Shown here one piece after another: positions 28,964-44,651 of a DNA stretch of 64,000 nt (the first letter of the stretch is position 1; each line of letters starts with the position of its first letter). Below the pieces are notes generated by a model. The model saw only the letters and a program-made list of their open reading frames with translations. It did no database searches and was not told the origin of the DNA. The position numbers and the translations under genes were made by a program. The DNA is from Blastocystis sp. Blastoise. Taxonomy: Eukaryota > Protista > Bigyra: Opalinata. The stretch is taken from positions 620,001 to 684,000 of the forward strand of contig JBBPEB010000028.1 of the NCBI GenBank assembly GCA_039096225.1, given 5' to 3'.

Positions 28964-30544
28964 ATATCAGATTCAACATTCGATGCTGTTGGTACAGGTG
29001 AAATACTATTACTTGAAGATCCAGTAGAATTGATTTGTGTATTATTCGATACAGGAGTAATAGGTCGAATATAAAATTGAATTACATAAGATTTTAATGT
29101 ATTAAAACAACTTTCACTCTTCTGTAGGAAATCAACAGAATAACTATATATATATATTATATATATTATATATATATTGTATATATATACACAGAATTAG
29201 TTGATTCCCCTCGGATAATAGCACGAATCTCTTTTAATTTGTAATATTTTAACATAATTTCACTCATTCTATATATATAATAATAATATATATATATATA
29301 TATAATAAAATTTACTTATCTAACGAGAATTTATTTGTAATAATATGAAATAGTGTTTCTGTATTTATATATAAGTCTTTCCCATGGGATTTTGGTGGTT
29401 TCTCCGTGTTTTCTGTATTATTCTCATTATTTTGAACATCGTCTTCGCTTGTTAGTAAACAACATAAAATAATACATCTTAACGATATACATTGAATCTC
29501 ATCTATATATATATATACATATATATATATAATAAATTAATAAATATATATAAATAAATAATAATCAAATAAAAATAATAAATAAACATATATACAATCA
29601 TAATTATCTTTATTAATAGTATTATTAATGGTCGCTGCGACTTTTTCGATAAGGTGCATCATCGGTGTCGGGTAGGCTGTCACATAATAGTAAGTGGCGG
29701 GGGATGAATGGAGCCAGTTCAGGAAGAGGGATGTGAGGGATGACTAAGGAATAATAATAAGTTAAAATAGTTGACATTAAATTCATATTATTATTAAATG
29801 ATAATATAATAATAATATGTTAAAAGAGTATATTATTAAATTGCTATTATTTATAAATAATAATATAATAATAATAAGTCAAAATAGTTGACTATTAAAT
29901 TTCTATTATTATTAAATATTAATAAATTAAAATAATCTATTAAATTCATATTATTATTAAATAATAATAATATAATAATAATAAGTATATAAATATACAT
30001 AAAGAAGAAGAGAGAGATTGTCTTTAATTATAATATTAAATAATATATGTATAAGTGGAACTGGCTCGAAGGGGGTTACTGTAACGACATCTAACAGCAT
30101 CTTTTTATATATCGCTGAATTAGAACACTATAAAATAATAATTATATTATGTATATATATAATAATAAGTAATAATAAATGTATATATATATATATACAG
30201 TAAGTATAATATTAAACATATGAATACAAAATTGATATTGTTTTACTATATCATCATTAATATCAATTTCTTTATCTTTTGTAGTTTTTTGTAATGTATA
30301 TAAACTTTCACAAAACATGTTCATCATTAAGAAATATATATATAATATATATATATATAATATATATATATATAAATATATATATAGTATAGATATTTAA
30401 GGATATATTTAAAACATACATACCTGGAGTATAATTCTTGGATTCAGTCATATTCATCAATAGACTGAAAGCGACTGAAGGCAAGATATCATCAAGAAAT
30501 GAAGCATAAAATGACGAATTTGGATTCTTTTGCTATATAAATAA

Positions 30545-30592
<48 letters not shown>

Positions 30593-32233
30593 AATAAAAT
30601 AAAATAAAATAAAAGATGAATACATTTAAAGATGTTTCTATAATATATTTAATAATATTATATGTTTGTCCATTCACTTCGAGTTCTGATTGGCTGAACG
30701 ATATGCACGCGTCATTATTATCGGCCAATAGCATTGTTAATATCTTAACACTCTTTTCGTTTATATCATCATTTGTATCTTTTCGTGTACGAAGTACGAA
30801 TGATGCAAGCGACGACATAAATCCAGGAATCTTTATATATATATGAATATATATAATACATAAAGAAATAAATATACTTGCGAAAGTGTGTTTTTGGTTT
30901 CTTTTATTCCTTTTTGACGTGTTGTTTCAAGAGCATCGTCTTTTTCCACGGGAATAGACAACTGAAGAAGATTCTCTAATATCTATATAATTATAATATT
31001 ATATATTTAATAAAAATAATTATATTTAATAATTATATATATTTACCATTAAGACTCGTTGAAAACATTGTATTTTATCAATATATATAGCTCCAGTCAC
31101 AACCTTTGTTGGCGGGCTTAGAAGCGCGGGAAATGCAGCAAGACAAGATTCTAATCACAAATATATTAATAATAATAATAATAATAATAATAATGAATAT
31201 ATACTTTGTTGTGACAACAATTTGATATTAATAGTATTCTTATAAATCATATTATTAATAATAGTTAAACAATCCATTGTAATAATTGTCACTTGATCCG
31301 TGCCTTCTGATTGGATAATTCCAAATAAACGCTCAAAGACTTCCTATATATATATATATATATAGCTTTTAAAATCACTCTTATAAAATTTATATATAAA
31401 AAACATATAAAAAAAATCATTAAATAAAAAAAGGATGAATATAAATAAAGATCTATATATATATATATATACTTGAAAAGCTAAGAATGTTTGTATTTGT
31501 GGGTTATTTTTAGAAACATCCTTAATAATATAAATAACTTCATTTCTTATTTGATCTTCACTATCAGATAAACAATCAATTAAACACTGAAGTCCCGTGG
31601 GACTATTTAATAAGGATTCTTCAAGAAGTATCTATAATATACAATAATAAAAACAATAATAAACTTTTATTACTAATAATAATAACAAATAATGATTAAA
31701 AAAAAAACATACAACATCAACAGCAATAAATTCTTTAATGATTTGAAGTAATCCCATTTTTAGCCACATATATTCACTTTTAAGTAATAATAATAAGCTT
31801 TCAACATTATTAGTATTCTATATAATCAATGTAATAAACAAATTCATATATAGTGAGCTTACAGATAAAAGATTATGAATATTATTCATCATAAGTTCAT
31901 CAGAATTTTTCATATCTGGAAGTTCAACAATAAAAACAACGATATCAAAGAGAGTCTGAAGTAAATCCTCATCATAAGGTTCTTTAGACAACGTTTCACA
32001 AATTTCTCCACTTATCATATTACATACGAGTTCAGGATAATCTTTCACCAACTCCTAGATATATTTTAGCATGAGAAAATTGAAAATAAATGCAAAAAAC
32101 ATACAAGTAGACGAGAAGCAGACATTCTTCGTTGTTCTAAATATTCAGAATTTTGTAGCTGAGTCATATGAGCAGAAATCTCCTTTTTAATACTCTCTTC
32201 TGATGGAGCTGACCATGAAAAAAGTGATGCCAT
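27034..32233 (-). CDS. USO1: Vesicle tether p115/Uso1
   Basis: Armadillo-head motifs SPTGLQCLIDCLSDSEDQIRNE, NNPQIQTFLAFQ|EVFERLFGIIQSEG and MDCLTIINN, followed by a long C-terminal coiled coil. Contains one AT-AC intron. Confidence 0.85.
30319..30406 (-). other. U12-type AT-AC intron in USO1
   Basis: 5' splice site ATATCCTT, branch-like TTTCTTAAT, 3' end AAC. No AG lies between this donor and the next exon, and removal keeps frame (PGMYVLN|MFCESL). Confidence 0.85.
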
Positions 32234-33026
32234 TCTTTGGATTAATCAGATTCTACATAAAAATATGATAATAATTCAGAATTCTATTCATCATACTCTT
32301 TTATATAATATCTAAACTTCTTTAGTGATGTATAGAAAGATTAAAACAAGAGTTTTACCAAAAAAACAAAGAATGAAAATATTGGCGACTAAATCCTATT
32401 TTTTGCCTCTTTTAAATATGATTTTCAAAAGAATTTTTATAAATGAATTTTATTCGTTTATTCATGTATCTTGTATTAAATTTATAAAATAAATGATGCA
32501 TGAGATAACCAATACATTGTTTGTGCTATATGTGGAAATCAATTTTTTATTCTACTATTTTATTTTTTTCATTGGAACTCGTTTAGCGATATTGTTACTT
32601 ATAAAATATCAGAAACAATTGGAAAAGAAAGAAAATTTATGTATAAGAATTCAAGTGATATAATTCGATTACTATTTGATACATGAGTGATAATGACGAT
32701 TTTACTATTTCTTTTCGTTAAAAAATAGTATTTTTTAGTATTTTATGATAGAAGAAGACAATTTAAAGTCTCTGTAATCAATATTTTGTATCCTGAAGTC
32801 AAGAAGAATTGTATTTTTATATATATGATGATAAAACATTAAAAAAAAGATACATTTTATTATGTATTATCAAATTGATTACAAAACAAAAGAAATAGAT
32901 GAAATACTACACACACAAAAGAAAACATAAAAAAATATAAATAAACAAAATATAAATAAACAAAAAAAAAGCATGATATTGATATATTATATATATATTA
33001 TATATATATTATATATATATATATCT

Positions 33027-34333
33027 TTAGAATCCTCTTTGTCTCTTTCTACCACTATATTTCGAGTCATTTGCCACCATTTTTCCTTGTTGACGCTGTA
33101 CATGCTTCTTTTTCATAATCCATTCTCTATATATAATAGAATAATATAATATATAATATATAATATAGAATATAAAATATAGAATATATAATATATAATA
33201 TATAAAATATAATATATAATATACTTGCTTTTAATAGGAGCTTTATCTTTCCCTCCTTTTCTCTTTCTTAACGCTTTATCTCTCGCCGTATATTTAACGC
33301 CTATAACATCATTCTCACCTTCTCCTAACTTACCAGCAGGTAAAGAAAATGAAGGATCATTTCCCGCGAATAAAACTAAATATAACTTTTTTGCTTTTGT
33401 ACTATATATAATTAATAATAATAATAATAATATTAAATATCAATATTAAATATTATTATTATTAAATATTATTATTATTATTATTATTATATACCTATTT
33501 GGATAATCGACAACAGCACCTCCAGTAAACCCGCATTTTACCGCACATCTGGTGATTAATTCCATCTGCTCGGGGGTTTCAGGATATAACTGAAGAACAG
33601 CTCTATATATATATATATATATATATCTAGTTTATTAGTATATAAACATAATAAGTGTAATATATATATATATACCTAGCTCCTCTCTTTAGGCATGAAT
33701 AAAGGGACTGGAAAAAACAAGTTAATCTTTTGCTATATATATATTATTTTATTTAATAAATATATAAATAATATTAATAAAAAAAAACATATATATATAC
33801 ATAGGAACTTCATTTTTATTATTAGAATAGCATAGCCATTGAACAGCAGAAATACTAATAGCACCATCAAAAACACCTTGTCTAAAAGGCATTCCTTGAC
33901 CCATATCACGTAACATAATATCTCCATCACATTCATTCTATACAAAAATCATACTTTATAGTGAATATAGCAATATTTATATAGAAAACAATAAATTGAA
34001 TATGATTCACGTAAATAGTACATACATCGTGTGCTACATGTAACATAGAAGGAGAGACATCACAGCCAACCCAATAATGCCCCTTTTCAGTAATACTAAG
34101 ACCACTTAAACCAGATCCACAACCAACATCAAGTAAATAACAACTTTCATTTGGTGGTAAGCATAGTAATTCTAAAGCTCTATCAGATAATTGAGATTGA
34201 ATTAATTGAATGTGCCCATTTTGAGTATATTTCTTGGCTTCCGAATCATTATAGAAATACTAATATCATTTTTAAATATGAAATAGTCTATAAAACATAC
34301 TTCAGGAGGTCCTTCTAATTCAGGTCGACTCAT
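33027..34333 (-). CDS. BUD23: 18S rRNA (guanine-N7) methyltransferase Bud23/WBSCR22
   Basis: Motifs MSRPE...PPE|YFYN...[60 protein letters not shown], and a C-terminal DSKYSGRKR. Confidence 0.96.
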
Positions 34334-34492
34334 GGTAGACAATAAGCAAAAAATAAATGATTGAAAAAAAACAGAAGAAAAAAAACCATTTATTCATATT
34401 CCCATAACTAATTATCATTTTCGAGGCAAATGTGTGATGATAATATTTCTTAATCAATTTTAGCTTGGTTTCTTTTAATATTTGTTATAAGG

Positions 34493-35746
34493 ATGTTTTC
34501 AAGTCTTAAGAAATTTGATTTCCATTCAAAAGCACTTGAAGGACTTCAATCTAAATCAATCTTCGGTGGAATAAGTATGCTATCTATTGAAATGTATTGT
34601 AATTTGCTCCATAGTCACTGTTATTAGTACCACAATGATTATGTGTCTTTTGATATTTGAATTAAGAACTTTTAATCAAGTAAAACTGGTTACTAATTTA
34701 AATGTTGATACCGTTGTTGATAATAGAGCTCCTGCTAAGTTAAATATCACCTTATTACATATGAAATGCAGTGGTATGTTTATTTTTTATGAAATATTAA
34801 ATTATATATATTATTTTTATAGAAGTTGATTTTGATTTTGAAAATCTTAAAGTTAGACCTCCTGAAAATGTAGTAGTATGTAAATTCATAAGTCTATTGA
34901 ATTTTTATATATTGAATAACTGTTATTTGTTATAATATTCTAAAGAAATAAGTTGATTTGCATTATATATATATATATCTATATAGATTGAAAAGATACC
35001 TTATTTACCAGAAGAGGTTCATTCTCAATTTGATGAAAATAAACCAGAATTATTCCCTGCTTGTCGCGTTGAAGCGGAATTCGATATTTTTAGCGTATAT
35101 TTATAGTTATTCTAATGTTTTATATGATGCTTATTTTTGTTATATTTTATTATTTATTGTATTTATTATTATTATTAATATTATTTATTGTATTTATATA
35201 TATATTATTATATATATATATATAGGGTCAAGGTAGTTTTCATATACCAATTCACAGTGGAAAAATTAATTTTGGAGATATGGTATATATATATTATTTC
35301 TATATAATTAATATATTTATATATATATATATAGCATACACATGCTTATGATCGTACGGCGTTAGATCATTTTAACTGTAGTCACGTGATCAATCAAGTA
35401 CGTTTCGGTCCTCTTCTTCAAAACACATATTATCCATTAACCAATCATACTGCAATTACGAAAAATGGTATATATATATATAGTTGTATTCTCATCATTT
35501 ATATTTTCTTCTATATATATATAGTTTTATTATTATAACTATATATTCTCCTATATATATAGTTTTATTATTATAACTATATATTCTCCTATATATATAG
35601 ATATTAATCATTATTCTTATTTCATAAAGATTATTCCTTCTTCTTATATTCCTCTTCGTGGAGATATTATATCTACTTATCAGTATAGTGCTTCTGTATA
35701 TAGTAAACAAGTTGGAGGAATGATGATGGGAAATAATGTATCTCCT

Positions 35747-35782
<36 letters not shown>

Positions 35783-36030
35783 CTTGTTTTTATTAATTTA
35801 TATATTTATAAATTTTTTTTTTAAATATATATATATATATATGTATATATATAGGTATATATTTCAAGTATGAATTTAGTCCTATTCATATTGATATTGT
35901 AGAGACAAAAACATCTTTCTTCTTCTTCTTTACTAATAGTTGTGCTATTATTGGTGGTATTATTACTGTCTCAAGAATGATTCAGTCTTTTGTTCATAAA
36001 TCTACAAGTGCACTCTATAAAACAGATTAA
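34493..36030 (+). CDS. ERGIC/Erv46-Erv41 family ER-Golgi cargo receptor
   Basis: N-terminus LKKFDFHSK...FGGI plus a TM; motifs LNITLLHMKC, FNCSHVINQVRFG, YFIKIIP, PGIYFKYEFSPI and FTNSCAIIGGIITV; ends YKTD*. Confidence 0.9.
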
Positions 36031-36413
36031 TCACGATTATTCTTTGCATTTCTATTTTATTATTTATATTTATGGCTATAAAATATTATTAAATCAATTT
36101 CTTCTACAGATTCTAGATTTTTTTTCATATTTTTTTTGTTTATATACATATATGGACAAGTGAATTATTGAAATATTATTTAGTGTGATAAAGACCAGAT
36201 CTCTATCATTTAAAAAAATAAATAAATATCAATTAACTTAACAAGGCATACATAGAGTACAAAATAAATAAAGCGTACGTGAATTATATTTAAAAAAATA
36301 TTTTAATAAATAAAAAAAAAATGAAAAGAAAACTAAGATACAGAATGAATACTTTTAAAGAAATTTTTAAAAAATACATAAATAAATAAAACAATAAAAA
36401 TATATAAATAGAT

Positions 36414-37662
36414 TTAGAGAAGAATATTAACAATAACAACGCCAATAAAAACAATAATTAGAATAAGAACTAAATCCATACAAAATTTATCTCCACTTCT
36501 TTTAGAAGAATGAAGTGTTTTTCCAAGTTTCTTTTGTGTTTTATCTAAATGTTCTTGAGCTGTGTCCATATTAGTTTCCAAAGAATCTAACATTTTTGAT
36601 TGCTTTGTAATTTCATCATTTATATTATGAGCCATATCCTATATTATTATATATATATATAATCTTTATTGTATATCATTATTATATGTATCATTATATT
36701 ATTATTATTATATTATTATATTACTTTTTAATTACATATATATTTTTATTACTATTTATATCATATTATATATTATTATCTCATATTATATATATTATTA
36801 CTATTTATATCATATTATATATTATTATCTCATATTATATATTTTTATTACTATTTATATCATATTATATATTATTTCTATTTATATCATATTCTATATA
36901 TTATTACTATATACTTCAAGATCATTCAGTCCATTAGCCATGATTTCAAGTAATTGATCGAATTCTTGTTGATTACGTTCTATTTGTACCATATTCTGTT
37001 GCTGAGCATCTGTTAACTCTGGACCTCCACTATAAGCATTAATATTCTGTTCAATATCACCACCTACTAAAGCTTTATGATTCGACTGATTTGTATCTAT
37101 ATATTATATATTATATATTATATATTAAATAAAATATTACAATAAAAAACATAATTCTCATACTTGATGTTTTATTTAAAGCATTTTTATCAATAGCAAA
37201 AGAACTAGTGTCCGTAAAACTACATAATTCATCAGTTGGAACACTCATATTCTTTTCTTCTTCTTCATATTTCTCACCTATTGTCTTGATTTGGGATTGA
37301 AGATTCTGAATTACTTCAAGTCTCTCTTTCTTCTCTTCAGGAGTCATCTTACCAATTCTTTTCTTATCATCTTTCATGAATCGTTCTTTCAAAGCTTCAA
37401 AATCTACCGTAATCTGCTTCATCTTTCTATTAATCTGAGAATTACATTCAATAATTTTCCTTCTATTAGCACCACGATCTAATAATGCATTTCTTGCATC
37501 AATATCTGCTTTCATTTCTGCAATTTCATTAAATAATTTACTTTGAAGAAGTTCAAATCCATTTTCATGCTCTTCTTTCGTTTTACCTTCAGGTATATCC
37601 AACTGTAAGTCTTTCTTGATCCAATCAAGATGAACCAACATTGTTTCTACTTCCTTATCCAT
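36414..37662 (-). CDS. Qc-SNARE, SYP7 (SYP71)-like
   Basis: N-terminal helical bundle, SNARE motif (EFDQLLEIMANGLNDLE|DMAHNINDEITKQSKMLD), and DKFCMDLVLILIIVFIGVVIVNILL C-terminal TM typical of SYP7. Confidence 0.82.
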
Positions 37663-38400
37663 TCTAAACAAAAATATCATCATCATACTAACTTACATAC
37701 ATTTATTTTCCAATATTTCAAGAAAAAATAGAATAACTATATATAATAACTATATATACAGTAAAGCACTTTGTTTTACTTTGAAAATAATCTTTATTTT
37801 TTGATTTTGTTAAATCATGGTTTTAAAAGATTCTTCTGCTCTTATTACAGAATCTCCGTGATTATTCTTTATTTCAGCATTATTTCGATTTATCTTTCGA
37901 TTGTTTATTTGAGTATTTTTATCATTTAAACATAAAATTATCATTTATAATTTGCATATATAATTCTAAGATCAGATAAGCAAGATATAAAAAGTGTTTT
38001 TATGGCAAAATGGTAGTTATTGAAAAGGATATTACGTTTTTTCTATGAATTATGTCGTTAATTAAGTTCTCTTGAAGTCTAATTTTTTTATTAAAATGGA
38101 AATAATCAGTTTTTTAATATTAAAAAGAGAATTTTTGAAAAAAAGAGTTTCTTAAAGGAGTTAAAATTCTTTAGATGAATATCTATATGAACTAAGAGTA
38201 TACAATATTTAAAGATATTAATCAAATGAGTAAAAATAAAAAAGAATAGTGATAAATATATAATTGTGAATAAATTTCATTTTAAACTATATAAAATATA
38301 AATAAAGAACATGTAGTATATTTTACACACATGCGTTTTCATAATAAACAAAACAATATATATGAAAATAATTATAATATATAATATATATATATAAAAA

Positions 38401-41400
38401 TTAAGTTATGATTTGTTCGTCTAAAGATTCTAATGTTGTTGATTGTGAGTTCACAGATGGCGTTACATCAACAATCATATCTGTTGATTGAAGAGTCTCT
38501 GAAGTATTATCTATTTCTAGTTGTGTGTTATTCATATTATTATTTATCATCGAATCATTTATTGTTAAATCTTTATTCATTGAAGATGTTATATTATTAT
38601 CTAAATTAGCAGTAGATTCTATATTATTATCGAAATTAACAGTAGATTCTATATGATTATCTAAACTAGCAGTAGATGTTATATTATTATCTAAATTAAC
38701 AGTAGATGTTATATTATTATCTAAATTCATTGTACCTCCTGTACTTATAGCTAAATAAGCTTGTTCATTCGCTTCATCAATTAATTGCTGTTTTTTAGCT
38801 TCTTCTCTATACATAAAGAAAGCTTCTTTATTTATTTGAATTGGTTCTACATTAATAGCTTCTAACGAAGATGGTGTTCTATCTTTTTCTCGAACTTCAT
38901 ATTCAGCTAATTCCATCGATTCTTTTTGTTCTTCTTCCCAAATTTCTTCTTCTTCTTCTAATCCTTGTAACTCCATCTGTAATGCTTCGGGAGTTACTTC
39001 AGGAATAGGATCATTAACTTCACGTAATTCTATACATTTCTGTTGAATAGAAGGCAATTTCTTTTCCAATCCTTTTAAATAATCAGCATTCTTACCAGCC
39101 CAAATTTTTAATTCTCCTTTTATTTTAGCTTGAACACGTTCAATACTTTGCTCCTCTAATAAATTACTTTTCTCTTTTTCTATTGAAGTTATTCCTGTAG
39201 TATTACTTGATATACTATTCGTATCTTTATCATTAACATCATTCGTATCTTCAATATCAGCATCATTCTGATCATTTATTGTCTTTGCCTCACGTGCTGC
39301 GTTAACAGCTGCTTGTGCGTCATCTTGATCTTCTATTTTATTAATTACATTCTCAAATTCATCATCAACTGGCTTTGATATTACTAAATATATATATATA
39401 TTGCTTATAGATAATGAAATAGTTTAAATATTATTTTTAAAAATAGTAATGAAAATTAATTATATATATATATATATACAATCATCAGAAGTAGGAGTTT
39501 TATTTACTGACGATAATTGATCCGCTATATAATAAGTCGAATAATAATAGTAATATTTAAATAAAACATAAATATTAATAATAATAATTATATTAAAACA
39601 AAAATAAATATTAATAATAATTATTATATTAAAACAAAAAAATAAATATTAATAATAATTATTATATTAAAATAAAAATAAATATTAATAATAATTATTA
39701 TATTAAAATAAAATATAAATAAATATGCTTTCAAAAAAACATAAATAACTATATACAATCATAATTATCTTCTGGAGGTGTTCCTAGTATATCATTAATA
39801 GTAAATTCTTTAAAGAAAGAAGTAGTAGTAAATTGACCTTCTTCTAAAGATAATTTATTTAAATATCGTTTTTGATTTGCTTTCTTTAATATATTTTCTT
39901 CAATAGTAGATTCACTTATCAATCGATATATATGAACATCACGTGTCTGACCTATACGATGAGCACGATCCTGAGCCTATATATATATATAAGATAGAGA
40001 ATATAGAGATGATATATAATATATACAAAAATATATAATATACAAAATAAATAATATATAAAACAAAAAAAAAATAATATAGAATAACTCTATAATAATA
40101 TATAATAACTATATAATAATAATAATATACTTGTGAGTCCATTGAAGGATTCCAGTCACTATCATAAAATATTACCGTATTTGCACCAATTAAATTAATA
40201 CCTAATCCCCCACTACGTGTACTTAATATAAATATAAAGATTCGATTATCCGTGTTAAATTGCTCCATCATACGCTGTCTTTCCTCAATTCCCGTGGAAC
40301 CATCCATTCGTAAATAAGTATAAGAATGATTATTTAAATATTTCTCAAGAATATCTAACATTTTACTCATTTGTGTAAAGATTAAACAACGGCTTCCATC
40401 CTTATGCAACTTTGGAAGCAAGGTATCTATATACATATATATAGATAGATTTATATATATATATAGAGAGAGAAAGAAAGAAAAAAAAATAATCAAAATA
40501 TTTATAAAATATAAAAATTATAAAATAATGATAATAATAATAATAAGCATCACATACTAAGCATTTGAAACTTTCCACAATCGAATTCTAAAAGATGTTT
40601 ATCTGGAAATGATATTGATTTTTTAATATTCCATTTATATATACATGAACTTCCAATAAAATCATGTAAATAATTTTGTAATGGTTTTTTGTCTCTTTCT
40701 TTCTTCTCTTCTTCTTCTATAAATATTTCTTCTTGTCTCTCCATTACATTTTGTAAATGTTTTAATTCCATTTCTGACTTCTTCTCTGATTGACTAATAG
40801 AACTTAGTATATGAACTCCATTTACTATATGATTCATTGAATCTAAATATTCATATTCTTCTTGATCTTTGAGTTCTTTATATATATCCTCAAAATTACT
40901 TATTTTATATAGAGTATTACAACTTATTTGAGGTCCAAATTGACTATATACTTTTAATATATAACAACTACATATATTAATATAACTCATAAATGTTTCT
41001 TCTTGCATAGAATAAGAAGGACATAAATAATGTAAATATTGGCAATCTTGTTCCCAAAGGCTTAACTCTTTATGAGTATTCTTATAATTATATGTAGTTT
41101 TATCAATCCAATAAGAAGGACGATGATATATTTGTAGTAAAGATCTTAATTCACGACCATAAACAGGTTGTCGGTCACATTTCCGACGGTTATTATTATA
41201 ATACTTTGTATATCGTTCTTGAATACCATCAAATTGTTTCATATTTCGATGGGCATCTGCTTGAGCAAAGAAACGATGAACTACGGGAGATATATAATCA
41301 ACATTTAAGAGGGTACCCATAGTATCTTCATAATTATATAAATCATAAACTTCTTGTATCTTCTTTCTACATTCTTTTTGATATAATTCTTTAGAAGGAC

Positions 41401-43969
41401 ATAAAGAAGAAAGAAGGGAAGCCTATATATAGATATATAGTTAATATACTTAAAAAATATTATTTTATATTGAAATATATTTGAAGAAAAATATTTATAT
41501 ATATAATATATATATATATAAAACATATATATATAATACTTAAATATAATATATATATATATAACATATATATATATAATACATAAATATATATATATAT
41601 CTTCATATACTTCTAAATGTGTAAATTGTTCTCTTTCAATAAGATTGCCTTCAAATAAAAATAAACTAATTCCTCGTGTTTGAATAGGAAACACAACAAG
41701 TTGTTTTGTCCAATCATTCTTCTCTAATTCTTCATCTGTTAAATCATTTGCAAATCGATTATAACGTATGCTCGTCACATTATGAAGAACACAATCTTTA
41801 AATAGATTTGGAATATGTATAAGTATAGGTGTACTAGCAAAAGGTGTGTCAATAGGTCTAGTTTCAAATAAATCAGGGTGATTACATACTTTACGTAATT
41901 GCATTAATACACTCATCATACTAAATAATGAACCACTTGATAACATATCTTTTGTAGAACGACGAGATATATAATCCTCATATAAATATTTTTGACGTTT
42001 TGATAAAGGACAATATAAAACATGAAAATATTTTTTAGGCATCTATAATAGATATAGATATAGAATAAAAAGAGTAAATTCAATACTTTAATACATAATT
42101 ATATAGAAAAATATAGAGTTATATAAAAATAAAAAAATAAATAAATTTATATATAATTTAAAAAATATATATATAAATAAATAAAAATAACATATTATAT
42201 ATACTTCTTTTTCGACTTCATTTTTTAATCTTCTTAATATAAAAGGCCTTAAAACAGTATGTAATCGAAGAATCAATTGATTATTCACTTTAATATCTCC
42301 TTCAACCATAGTATTTAAAGGATTTGAAAACCAAAAGGCGAATTCCCCGCGGGAACGGAATAAAGCAGGCATTAAGAAATGCATAAGTGACCATAATTCC
42401 ATTAAACTATTTTGTAAGGGTGTTCCAGTTAATAAAAGACGACGCTTGGTATTAAAATGAAGTAATGTCTGCCAACGTGTACTTTTAAAATTCTTTATAT
42501 TATGTGCTTCATCTAATATCATATATACCCATCTTCTTCTTCGAAATAAAGCCACATCTTTTATAGCTAATTGATACGAAGTAATACATATATGATAGGA
42601 ATTCGGATTCGTCCATCCCTTACGCTTCTCCTATAGAAAGCATAGTATATAAATGGGTATCATTATTCACTATTATTAATTAATTGTAATTATGAATATT
42701 AATGGTAATTATTAATATTAATTATATTAAGAATTATATTAAGAATTATAAATAATAAATAATAATATAATAATAAATAATAATAAATAATAAATAATAA
42801 CATAATAAATAATAATAAATAATAATACAAACATATATATACATACTTTACGTTCATTTAAATTACCATAATAAGTCATAATTTTAAATGCAGGACAAAA
42901 CCGTTTAAATTCACATTCCCAGTTTAATATTGTACTCGTAGGAACGATAATAAGATGTGGACCCCAAATACCTTTATTTCCCGCCAAATAAGCAAGGAGG
43001 GAAATAGTTTCAATTGTTTTTCCTAATCCCATTTCATCTGCTAATATACCGCTAATACCTTGTTCATATAAAGAGATTAACCAATCTAAGCCTTTTAATT
43101 GATAAGGACGTAATATTGTCTTTGGATTAAATAAATAAGGAGTCTCACTTATATGACCTTAAAGAAACAAGCATAAGATTTATTTTAAAATATTTATTAA
43201 AACTCAAATATATACATATACATACATTTATATATATATTAAAAATAATAATAATAAAAACATCATTTATTCAAGTTAATTTTATATAATATATACTATC
43301 TTCTAATTTAGGCAGTTGACTAGAGATTCTGGTTGTATAATCTTCAGTTTGTTTCAGCATGAATTGTAAATGTCGATCCATTAATTCAGCTCGACGTTCA
43401 TATAATTGACTATAAATAGCAGGATAATAATATATACATAAAGTATAGAATATACTATAAACAAATATATATATATATACCTTTTATGTTTGTATGTAAC
43501 AATCTTATCAATTTTATCCCAATAAAGTTTTATATGTTTTGTAATAAACTTTGCTTTCTGCTTCTTTTCTTTGATAATTTCCTATGAGCATTATAGAATA
43601 TCTGTTTTTAAATGATAAATGATCAGATACTTGTTCCTTTTTGAGTTCTGCTTGATCCTTTTCTTTTCTCCATGCTTGAACACATTTACATATTTTCTTG
43701 GTTTTCTGATTCTTATATTTTCGTTCATCATCGAAATCAGCAGATAACCATTTCATCTCTGCAAGTAAATAATCCCAATGAACTTTTTCTGGTGTTCGTG
43801 GAGGTGGATCTTTACATTTAGGAAGTCTACTTCCTACACTCGTACACGATCGACGAAGTTCAAGATCATTTTTATCTTCTAACAATAAATGACGTTTGAT
43901 GGATACAGTACCATAATCTTCTAATGTCTGTGAAAATGGTTCTGTATTCTCATCCTCATAAACATCCAT
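38401..43969 (-). CDS. SWR1: SWR1/SRCAP/PIE1 chromatin-remodelling ATPase
   Basis: HSA domain ([23 protein letters not shown]), [37 protein letters not shown], a long insertion, [19 protein letters not shown] and [14 protein letters not shown]. Confidence 0.95.
38581..38730 (-). repeat. Coding 30-bp (10-aa) tandem repeat x5 in the SWR1 C-terminus
   Basis: [50 protein letters not shown]. Confidence 0.85.
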
Positions 43970-44651
43970 TCTCTATATATAAATATCTATTTTATGTAGT
44001 ATTATTCTATCAAAAAAAAAATTGTATTTTTAAGAAATAATTTTTTGAAAAAATGATTTTCCGTGTTTATTAAGAAATCATTTGGTATTTCGTTTGAATT
44101 CCCCTAGAAACACGAAATGATTCATTTAGAATTCGTATTCATAATTTGGGTTTTCTTTATTGTTTTGTTGTTATTCTGGTTTGATTATGTTTTATAATTA
44201 TTAAAATAATATTCGTATTAATATCAATGTGATTTGAATTATAGTTGTAAATTAAATATGATAAAAGAATAACTAATTTGTGTACACAGTAAGATTTATT
44301 AAGCTGATTCTAGAATTAATGATTCATATTACTCAGATATACATTAAAGATATTAGGCTATTAATCTGAGGAATAGAATATTCTTATAGTTATTGTTTTT
44401 TATTTATATTCTGATATAAGGAGTATTAAAGTATTTGATCATATTTATATATACGTGCATGAGATGATAAGAATATATTATTCAAAGAAATATATAGATA
44501 AAGCATTGAGAACAAGATTAACGATGATTTCATGTAGATACTTATTAATTGTTTATTATTATTTATTCAATAACTATGATATATGATGCAAATAATGGTT
44601 TTCAATTTTTATATTGTATATATTTACACTATGGACATTTTTTCAGGTTTC

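Noticed and set aside
44627-44641. Transib/RAG-like element (CACWATG terminus)
   Set aside because: No 5-bp TSD (ATTTA versus TATAA); only TA is duplicated. The nearby transposase looks EnSpm-like. Not fully excluded.
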